DNA of 64,000 bases from an uncultured Oscillospiraceae bacterium. Its GTDB lineage: Bacteria > Bacillota > Clostridia > Oscillospirales > Acutalibacteraceae. This document shows, one piece after another, positions 57,290 to 64,000 of this stretch; position 1 is the first letter of the stretch; every line of letters starts with the position of its first letter. The stretch is taken from positions 7,720 to 71,719 of the forward strand of contig CABUKB010000008.1 of the NCBI GenBank assembly GCA_902492045.1. Direction: 5' to 3'. Under the pieces are notes generated by a model, which worked only from the letters and a program-made list of their open reading frames with translations, made no database searches and was not told the DNA's origin. Made by a program: the position numbers and the translations under genes.

Positions 57290-59911
57290 ATGCGGGGAAA
57301 AGGGCGGGTATTTCTGCATGGAACAGGCGCGTTCCTTCTCAGTGGATTGCTGTGGGGTGCCGTCATGGCCGTCTTCGGATTTTACCCCTTTGGCGAGAAA
57401 TCCATTCTCATTACGGACATGGGCTCCCAGTATGTCGAGTATTTTGCGGCGTTTACCCGGATGATTCGAGAGGACAGCCTATTATTCACCTGGGATACGG
57501 GAATGGGCATGAATTTTTTGGGAATATGGGCGTATTATCTGTCCAGTCCTTTTACACCGGTTCTGCTGTTGTTCCCGCAGGAGATGCTCACCGAGGGCAT
57601 TTTATGCCTGCTTTCCCTCAAAATAGCCGCCTCCGGAGCGGCGATGTCCCTCTATCTTTACGGACGGTTTCAGATCAAGGGCGTGTGGAACCTCGTCTTT
57701 TCTGCCGCGTATGCTTTATCCGCCTATAGCGTGGTATACAGCTTCAACATCATGTGGCTCGACGGCGTGATCCTGCTCCCTCTGGTCGTTTTGGCGGCCC
57801 GCCGGGTGTTCGATACGCCCGCCGGGTTTCCTGAAATTGGGCGCTGCCTGCCTCTTGTCCTGGCTTTCGTCGTTGTGTTCATCGCGAATTTTTATGTGGC
57901 GTATATGGTGGGAGTGTTTGCATTTCTGCTCTATCTCATCTGGTTTTTATCGGATCCCGGAAGAAAGCGGCGTTTTTTCGGAATAACCGCTCTGTTTCTC
58001 GGATGTGCTGTTCTGGCGGCTTGTCTTGCCTGCGTGGTGCTGCTGCCCGCTTTTTTCTCCCTGAAAAACGGGTATGAGACGGTTCATGGGATCAGCTTGA
58101 GCTTCCGGGGAGTGTTTCATCCGCTCGCCCTGCCCGGCAAGCTGGCCTTCGGAGCTTTTGATTCTGCGACGCAGACCGGGACCCCCAATCTTTATTGCGG
58201 CGTACTGACAATCGGGCTTTTGCCCCTTTGGTTCTGCAACCGCGCGATAGCCCGGCGGGAAAAGGCCGGCATGGGCCTTCTGCTTGCTGTCATGGCCCTG
58301 TCGATGATTCTGTACGATTTGGATGTGGCTTGGCATGTATTCCAGCCTCCCACCTGGTTTCCGGCCCGATACAGTTTTACCGTTGTTTTTTTGCTGGTTG
58401 GATGTGCTGCCAGGACCTTATCCAGACCGGAAGGCCTCCGCCTGCCGGCAGTGGGGCTTTCATTGGCCGGTATGGCGGCGGTATTCGGTTTGTTGTCCTG
58501 TATTCCGTCCATTCCTTTTGCCGGAAATGGAACCGTTACCGTTTTTCTTCTCGTGGGGTATGCTCTTATTGGCTCGGTTTACATCTGGTTTCGGAAGGGA
58601 AGAGGGCATCCGGCGGTCCGACGGGCGGCGGTCCCGGTCGCAGCCGGTCTGACGGCTCTGCTTTTCTGCGGGGAGCTCGCGTCAAGCGCGGTGGTCATGC
58701 TCAAAGGGCTGGATAGCCAGTTCGGTTTTGAAAACCGGGAGGCCTATACCGATTTTCGGCTGCGGGGTTGCCAGCTCATGGAGGCCCTTGCGTCGGTGGC
58801 GGAAGAGGATGGTTTCTATCGGGTGGAAAATGCAACCGCCCGCAATTCCAACGATGGCTTGTCGATTGGATACCACGCGGTCAGCCATTACAGTTCTCTC
58901 TCCAATCAGAGGACTTTCCGGCTTCTGGGGGAACTGGGCATGACCAATTACGTCAATCACCGGTATCTGCGCTATTATGGCGCCACCTCGGCGCTCGACG
59001 CGATTCTTGGCGTCCGTTATGTTTTCGATACCGAGGAGCGGCGCCCCGGGATGACGTATACGGGAGCCAATTCAGGAGATACCAAAGTATATCGCAATGA
59101 AAACGCCCTGCCCCTTGTGTATTTAGCGGATGCGGCTGTTTTGTCATCGCTGCCGGATTCCGATACTCCGTTTTCCCGGCAGAACAGCCTTTTCAATCGG
59201 CTGGCCGGTACGACGGATGTGCCGTATTTCGAGGACCTTGCGATAGACACCGAATTTTCCGGAGAAATGTCCGAATCGTCTGGACGTTTGTACCTGAATG
59301 GTACGGGCGATCTGATCTTTACCATTGAGAACCCGAAGGAACAGGATGTTCTGCTGTATTTTCAGAATAATCTGCATGAAAATACATCGGTATATCTTGG
59401 CGGTAAGCGGCTTAACGTATACGACGACCGCTTGGTCACTGGTGTCATGGAACTGGGCAGGCTGCCGGCCGGAAGGATCGAGGTCCGCCTTCCCGTATCG
59501 GGAAAGGACAAATGGGTTGCTTATCCCGTCGCCGCGGGGTTTGACGAAGAGGCTTTTGGAGCTCTGGCCGAGGGACTGAAGCGAGGCGGCGCCGGGGATC
59601 TAGAGGTGACGGATACGGTTGTGAGTGGCCGGCTGACTGCTGAACGGGATGGGGTTCTTTTTACCACCATACCGATGGACAGCGGCTGGTCGGTGGAAAT
59701 AGATGGAGAACGGGTAGAGACACAGACGGCCTTCGATGCCTTTTTGGCAGTGCCGGTTACGCAGGGGGAACACACTTTCCGGCTGGTGTTTTGCCCGAGG
59801 GGCCTGAAAGCCGGAGCGGTCCTTTCCGTTGCGGGATGGGGGCTGGTCCTACTCTGGGGCTGGGCGGCAAACCGATTCAAACGACGGAAACAAGCACAAA
59901 CAGAGGAGTAA
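57290..59911 (+). CDS. YfhO family membrane glycosyltransferase-like protein
   Basis: N-terminal FYPFGEKSILITDMGSQYVEYF, more than 10 TM helices, a large extracytoplasmic C-domain and a final TM helix. The ATG at 57290 follows AAAGGGGAG and a TGTTATACT -10 at 57248-57256. Confidence 0.85.
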   Translation: MRGKGRVFLHGTGAFLLSGLLWGAVMAVFGFYPFGEKSILITDMGSQYVEYFAAFTRMIREDSLLFTWDTGMGMNFLGIWAYYLSSPFTPVLLLFPQEMLTEGILCLLSLKIAASGAAMSLYLYGRFQIKGVWNLVFSAAYALSAYSVVYSFNIMWLDGVILLPLVVLAARRVFDTPAGFPEIGRCLPLVLAFVVVFIANFYVAYMVGVFAFLLYLIWFLSDPGRKRRFFGITALFLGCAVLAACLACVVLLPAFFSLKNGYETVHGISLSFRGVFHPLALPGKLAFGAFDSATQTGTPNLYCGVLTIGLLPLWFCNRAIARREKAGMGLLLAVMALSMILYDLDVAWHVFQPPTWFPARYSFTVVFLLVGCAARTLSRPEGLRLPAVGLSLAGMAAVFGLLSCIPSIPFAGNGTVTVFLLVGYALIGSVYIWFRKGRGHPAVRRAAVPVAAGLTALLFCGELASSAVVMLKGLDSQFGFENREAYTDFRLRGCQLMEALASVAEEDGFYRVENATARNSNDGLSIGYHAVSHYSSLSNQRTFRLLGELGMTNYVNHRYLRYYGATSALDAILGVRYVFDTEERRPGMTYTGANSGDTKVYRNENALPLVYLADAAVLSSLPDSDTPFSRQNSLFNRLAGTTDVPYFEDLAIDTEFSGEMSESSGRLYLNGTGDLIFTIENPKEQDVLLYFQNNLHENTSVYLGGKRLNVYDDRLVTGVMELGRLPAGRIEVRLPVSGKDKWVAYPVAAGFDEEAFGALAEGLKRGGAGDLEVTDTVVSGRLTAERDGVLFTTIPMDSGWSVEIDGERVETQTAFDAFLAVPVTQGEHTFRLVFCPRGLKAGAVLSVAGWGLVLLWGWAANRFKRRKQAQTEE

Positions 59912-59915
59912 GATC

Positions 59916-60356
59916 ATGGGAACTAGTAAGGAGAAAAAGTATATGTGGCTGGTGTTTGCAGTGCTGTCGGCGGTCTTTGCCGCTCTGACATCCATTTTGG
60001 CCAAAGTGGGGATTGATAACGTCAATTCAAATCTGGCCACGGCGATCCGCACCCTGGTGGTCGTTGTTCTGGCTTGGGGGATGGTTTTTGCCACCGGCGC
60101 TCAGGCGGGGCTGGGACAGATTACCCATCGCAGCCTGCTTTTTCTGGTGTTGTCAGGATTGGCGACCGGCGCGTCCTGGTTGTGTTATTACCGGGCCATC
60201 CAGCTCGGTAGTGTGTCCAAGGTGGTGCCCATAGATAAAATGAGTGTGGTCATCACCTTGATCCTCGCCTTTGTATTCCTGCACGAGGAGTTTAATATCA
60301 AGATGCTCATCGGCAGTGTGCTCATTACCGCCGGGACCCTGGTCATGGTGCTGTGA
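59916..60356 (+). CDS. EamA-domain (DMT superfamily) half-size transporter
   Basis: About 146 aa with a single EamA repeat (FAALTSILAKVGI...VVPIDKMSVVITLILAFVFLHE). Its start is 5 nt after the yfhO stop. Confidence 0.8.
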   Translation: MGTSKEKKYMWLVFAVLSAVFAALTSILAKVGIDNVNSNLATAIRTLVVVVLAWGMVFATGAQAGLGQITHRSLLFLVLSGLATGASWLCYYRAIQLGSVSKVVPIDKMSVVITLILAFVFLHEEFNIKMLIGSVLITAGTLVMVL

Positions 60357-60455
60357 ATCCTGCGCGGGAACGGCTCGGCCATGCGGTGATTGCATCGGCC
60401 GCTAGATTGTGGTATACTGCTATCCGTTATCAAGTAAGATAAGGGTGGCAGACAG

Positions 60456-60959
60456 ATGAGCAAAATGGAATGGGTTCCCGTCTCGGCGCCGGAACAGATT
60501 CGTCAGGTGGCGATATTGGCAAAAGAGATCTGGAACGAGCACTATGAGGGGATTCTGACCCCGGGACAAATTTCCTATATGGTGGACCATTTCCAGTCGG
60601 AGGAAGCCATTACCCTTCAGCTTTCGGAGGGGTATCAGTACCGCTTGATTACAGTCGGAGATGAACCGGCCGGATATGTCGCGTTTCGTATGGGGGAGGA
60701 CCGGCTGTTTCTCAGCAAGCTTTACATTCACAAGCGGTTTCGCCTGCGGGGCCTGGCGCGCCGGGCTGTGGACCAGTTGGCGGATGTTTGCCGGGACCAA
60801 GGGGCGTCGGCGATTTACCTCACCGTGAACCGGGACAACGTGGGTTCCATCGCCGCTTATTTTGCCATGGGGTTCCGAAAAGTGCGGGAGCAAGTGTCCG
60901 ATATCGGTGAGGGTTATGTGATGGATGATTACATCATGGAAAAAGCTGTAGAACGGTAG
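60456..60959 (+). CDS. GNAT family N-acetyltransferase
   Basis: Acetyl-CoA motif A (LYIHKRFRLRGLARRAV); 167 aa. Confidence 0.85.
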   Translation: MSKMEWVPVSAPEQIRQVAILAKEIWNEHYEGILTPGQISYMVDHFQSEEAITLQLSEGYQYRLITVGDEPAGYVAFRMGEDRLFLSKLYIHKRFRLRGLARRAVDQLADVCRDQGASAIYLTVNRDNVGSIAAYFAMGFRKVREQVSDIGEGYVMDDYIMEKAVER

Positions 60960-60986
60960 AAATGCTTTGGTTTTTGGAAATACCTG

Positions 60987-61015
60987 TTGACAAATGGCCT
61001 TGTTCCGCTTATAAT
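60987..61015 (+). promoter_or_regulatory. consensus sigma-70 promoter for the tRNA pair (TTGACA-17 nt-TATAAT)
   Basis: TTGACA at 60987-60992 and TATAAT at 61010-61015. Confidence 0.8.
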
Positions 61016-61083
61016 AAACAACGTTGCGGTTTGGCAAACCCAGCGCCGCCTCGGCCTTGTCCGAGGCGGTTCGATAGGAAAAT

Positions 61084-61160
61084 GGCCCGGTAGTTCAGCT
61101 GGTTAGAACGCTAGCCTGTCACGCTAGAGGTCGACGGTTCGAGCCCGTTCCGGGTCGCCA
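61084..61160 (+). tRNA. tRNA-Asp (GTC)
   Basis: I folded the cloverleaf by hand. The acceptor stem pairs GGCCCGG with CCGGGTC, the anticodon arm is CTAGC-CTGTCAC-GCTAG, the T-loop is GGTTCGAGCC, and CCA is encoded. Confidence 0.95.
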
Positions 61161-61163
61161 TAC

Positions 61164-61239
<76 letters not shown>

Positions 61240-61240
61240 C

Positions 61241-61276
61241 GCCGGAGCAAAGCCCGCTTTGCTCCGGCATCTTTTT
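61241..61276 (+). terminator. intrinsic terminator after the tRNAs
   Basis: GCCGGAGCAAAG-cccg-CTTTGCTCCGGC stem followed by atcTTTTT. Confidence 0.88.
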
Positions 61277-61442
61277 GTACCTTTGGGGAAAACGATATCG
61301 TGCTCTTTTGCCCCTCCTTCTCCGCGAAAAGCAGGGAGAGAAGCGAGCCGCAGCCAGGGCGTTTGCGGCCGAACAGACGAACCGAGGATGCCTTTTTGCA
61401 GGGGCCACCCAGTCGGATTTTCTCCTATTTATGATAACCCGC

Positions 61443-61480
61443 TTTTACGAAAACCCCGCATCCATTCAACGGATGCGGGG
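61443..61480 (-). terminator. intrinsic terminator downstream of recG
   Basis: On the minus strand, a CCCCGCATCC-gttgaat-GGATGCGGGG stem is followed by TTTTCGTAAAA. Confidence 0.7.
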
Positions 61481-61557
61481 CTCATTTGATTTTTACAGTC
61501 TCTGGTGCGCTCTCTTGACCTTACCGGTGAACCGGACAGCAATCGCCTTTGCAACGC

Positions 61558-63612
61558 TCAGTTGAGTCCCTGTTCGCCCACCTGCCGGAACAGGCGATTG
61601 ACTTCTGCCTGGAGGGGCCGGTTTTCGGGCGATTCCAGGGCCGGATCTTCTTCTATCAGCTGCGCAGCGGCGGCCTGTGCCTCCTGGAATAGAGGCATAT
61701 CCCCCATCAAATCCGCGATTTTGAGATCCGGGAGACCATGCTGGCGGTTGCCGAAGAAATCACCGGGTCCCCGCAGTCTCAGATCTTCATCCGCGATACG
61801 GAAACCGTCGTTTGTCTGACACATAACCCGCAGGCGCTGTACCGCTTCCTCGTTTTTCGCGTCAGAGATGAGAATGCAGGTGGAAGCATGGCGGCCCCGT
61901 CCCACCCGGCCTCGAAGCTGATGGAGCTGTGCGAGGCCGAAGCGTTCGGCGTTCTCGATGACCATCATGACGGCGTTGGGAACATCCACCCCCACCTCGA
62001 TGACGGTGGTGGAGACAAGGACCTGGATGCGGCCGGCCGCGAAATCCCGCATAACGGCATCCTTATCGGCGGCCTTCATCCGTCCATGGAGCAGACCGAG
62101 GGTATAGGAGTACAAGGGTCCCGAGGCGAGCTTTTTGAAATAGGCAGAAGCCGAGGCGAGGCCGGTATCACCGTCTTCGACCAGAGGGCATACGACATAT
62201 GCCTGACGGCCCTGATCGAGGTGTTTTCGCACGTAGGCATACGCCCTTTCCCGTTTATCGCTGCCCACCGCATAGGTGGCGACCGGCTGACGACCGGGGG
62301 GCATCTCATCGAGAACCGTAACGTCCAAATCCCCGTACAGGATCAGGGCGAGGGTGCGGGGGATCGGGGTCGCGGACATGACGAGCAGATGCGGGTTTTC
62401 GCCTTTGGCGGCCAATGCCGCCCGTTGAGCCACTCCGAAACGGTGCTGTTCGTCGGTGATTACCAGACCCAGCCGTTGGAAGGAGACGCCCTCCGACAGC
62501 AGGGCATGAGTGCCGACCAGTAAATGGATGCGACCCTCTGCCGCGTCGGAAAGGACCATCCGTTTTTCCGCAGCCGTTAGGGAACCGCTTAATAGTCCGA
62601 CCCGGATACCGCCTTTTTCCAGCATGGTAGTCAGAGAACGGGCGTGCTGTTCTGCCAAAATCTCGGTTGGGGCCATCATGGCGACCTGAAAGCCGTTTCG
62701 TATCGCGGTGAACGCCACACCGGCGGCCACCGCGGTTTTGCCACTGCCTACATCCCCTTGAATCAGGCGGGACATGGGATAACCGCTTTTCATATCCCGC
62801 ACACAGTCGGCCACGGCGCGGCGTTGAGCACCGGTGGGGGGGAAGGGGAGCAACGGCCAGAAAGAATCGGAGAAATCGTGTTGGAGCCGGGCACCGGATT
62901 CTCCCCGGGAGCGTCCTTTAAGCCGCAGCAGACCCAGCTGGAGCAGCAGCAGTTCTTCAAATACCAGACGCCGCCGGGCAACTGCGAGGGCCTGATGGTC
63001 AGTTGGAAAATGGATATTTTCGAGTGCATAACGCCGGGCGCAGAGACGATGCGCCTGACGCAGGGAAAAGGGAAGAGGATCCGGATCGAGTTGACTGTCC
63101 AAAGCCAAGAGAACATTGGCCATCACGGTTTCGATCACACGGGATGTAAGACCTTCGGTTTGCGGATAGATCGGCCGTATCCGGGCCCCGCCTTCGGCCG
63201 GTTCGATGAGGGGCGAGGCCATTTCCGCCCTTCGAAAGGTGCCGGTTACGGTGCCGAAAAAGAGGTAGTCTTCCCCTTTTTTTATTTTAGCGGCTGCATA
63301 TTTGTTGTTGAAAAGGGTGACATGGAGTACACTCACCCCATCAGAAGCAGTAAAACGGTACAAGGACAGGCCCTTGCGTACCCGATGTTCCTGAGGGGAG
63401 GACATGGCGGTCGCACGGATGCAGCAGGGTTCTCCAACCGGAGCCGATGCGATGGGAACGATGGCGCTCCAGTCCTCATACTGCCGGGGATAATGGCGCA
63501 GCAGGGTGCCGGCCGTTGTAACGCCGATGCAGGCAAATTGCTGGGCCCGGCGCTCGCCCACCCCTTTCAGATACTGAACGGGGGTATCCATATGAATTTC
63601 CATGACCGGCAC
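61558..63612 (-). CDS. recG: ATP-dependent DNA helicase RecG
   Basis: N-terminal wedge/OB domain, helicase motif I GDVGSGKT, the DEQHRFG box and motif VI QLRGRVGRG; 684 aa. Confidence 0.95.
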   Translation of the reverse strand: MPVMEIHMDTPVQYLKGVGERRAQQFACIGVTTAGTLLRHYPRQYEDWSAIVPIASAPVGEPCCIRATAMSSPQEHRVRKGLSLYRFTASDGVSVLHVTLFNNKYAAAKIKKGEDYLFFGTVTGTFRRAEMASPLIEPAEGGARIRPIYPQTEGLTSRVIETVMANVLLALDSQLDPDPLPFSLRQAHRLCARRYALENIHFPTDHQALAVARRRLVFEELLLLQLGLLRLKGRSRGESGARLQHDFSDSFWPLLPFPPTGAQRRAVADCVRDMKSGYPMSRLIQGDVGSGKTAVAAGVAFTAIRNGFQVAMMAPTEILAEQHARSLTTMLEKGGIRVGLLSGSLTAAEKRMVLSDAAEGRIHLLVGTHALLSEGVSFQRLGLVITDEQHRFGVAQRAALAAKGENPHLLVMSATPIPRTLALILYGDLDVTVLDEMPPGRQPVATYAVGSDKRERAYAYVRKHLDQGRQAYVVCPLVEDGDTGLASASAYFKKLASGPLYSYTLGLLHGRMKAADKDAVMRDFAAGRIQVLVSTTVIEVGVDVPNAVMMVIENAERFGLAQLHQLRGRVGRGRHASTCILISDAKNEEAVQRLRVMCQTNDGFRIADEDLRLRGPGDFFGNRQHGLPDLKIADLMGDMPLFQEAQAAAAQLIEEDPALESPENRPLQAEVNRLFRQVGEQGLN

Positions 63613-63680
63613 CTCCTGTTTTTGAAATAACCTTGAAGAATTGGACAGGCATGTTGTATACTAAACGAGGGGATGAGGAT

Positions 63681-63836
63681 ATGGTGCTTCAAAAACCGCC
63701 GAAGCTTCAGGCGGGAGACACCGTGGCGTCGATCAGCCCATGCCACGGGTGGGCGGGAGATTCCACGGTTATCGGACGGTATGAATTGGGCGTGCAGAGA
63801 CTACGAGATGAGTTTTCTCTTGAAGTGATTGCGGAA
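63681..63836 (+). pseudogene. N-terminal remnant of an S66 LD-carboxypeptidase/MccF-like gene
   Basis: The translation MVLQKPPKLQAGDTVASISPCHGWAGDSTVIGRYELGVQRLRDEFSLEVIAE resembles the first ~50 aa of S66 peptidases. It then degenerates into Arg/Gly-rich sequence that runs through a hairpin and over a convergent gene end. Confidence 0.4.
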
Positions 63837-63926
63837 ACAGAGGAAGACCGACAACAAACGGGGCGGGCCCGCGGCGCCGGACGGCGCACGCATGGGCTCG
63901 CCCCTGCGGTTCGGACTTTTTGCTTC

Positions 63927-64000
63927 TTATTCGATCGAGATAAAATAGTAGTACACCGGCTGGCCGCCGTTGACCAGCGTAATGTCCACATTGTCGCCTG
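63927..64000 (-). CDS. 3' end of an unidentified minus-strand gene (5' part outside the window)
   Basis: The minus-strand translation ends ...GDNVDITLVNGGQPVYYYFISIE with a stop at 63929-63927. Only 24 codons are visible, so I make no family call. Confidence 0.35.
   Translation of the reverse strand, partial: GDNVDITLVNGGQPVYYYFISIE

Noticed and set aside
61277-61442. The region downstream of tRNA-Thr, inspected for an integrase gene, att-like repeats of the tRNA 3' end or other mobile-element scars.
   Set aside because: I saw no repeat of the tRNA 3' end and no integrase or recombinase ORF. The only ORFs are short shadow frames that overlap the tRNAs.
62644-63630. A 328-aa plus-strand ORF.
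   Set aside because: It is antisense to recG and is a shadow frame.

Overview
This is a chromosomal, mostly housekeeping segment of a high-GC Firmicute, probably Clostridia of the Oscillospiraceae/Ruminococcaceae type judging by gene content and an apparent GC well above 50% (not computed). It is densely coding. I support about 65 protein genes, 2 tRNAs (Asp-GTC, Thr-GGT) and several clear sigma-70 promoters, intrinsic terminators and operator-like repeats. I saw no rRNA, CRISPR array, transposase, integrase, phage gene or recognisable defence system. Recognisable blocks are listed here. (1) hsp20 / CIRCE / trxB. (2) A minus-strand operon of LytTR regulator, TM-less AgrC-type kinase and a heterodimeric ABC exporter. 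(3) GT8 glycosyltransferase, UbiB kinase and phasin-like protein. (4) An OmpR regulator, ABC-2 transporter and intramembrane kinase module. (5) A feoA-feoA-feoB-Cys-rich peptide-dtxR iron operon. (6) cca, prfC, and a mutY ORF fused in frame to a dCMP deaminase. (7) pepF, then lepB-ylqF-lepB-lepB-rnhB-yraN. (8) thrC, then the tig-clpP-clpX-lon-engB-lysA block. (9) An amino-acid ABC importer. (10) pflB-pflA. (11) An ABC-F ATPase, then yfhO with a half-size DMT protein. (12) tRNAs and recG. I found no compelling novel multi-gene system. The observations most worth a second look are the MutY::dCMP-deaminase in-frame fusion, whose junction looks like a former intergenic spacer, and the sensor-less HPK10 kinase/LytTR pair coupled to an ABC exporter. 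Also notable are an orphan promoter-plus-terminator unit in a roughly 480 nt non-coding gap (candidate sRNA) and a feo operon with two GTTAG-N6-CTAA operators plus its own DtxR-family repressor. Three signal peptidase I paralogs sit around ylqF. All product calls rest on motif recognition from reading the translations; no database search was run. The many long ORFs antisense to real genes are treated as high-GC artefacts.
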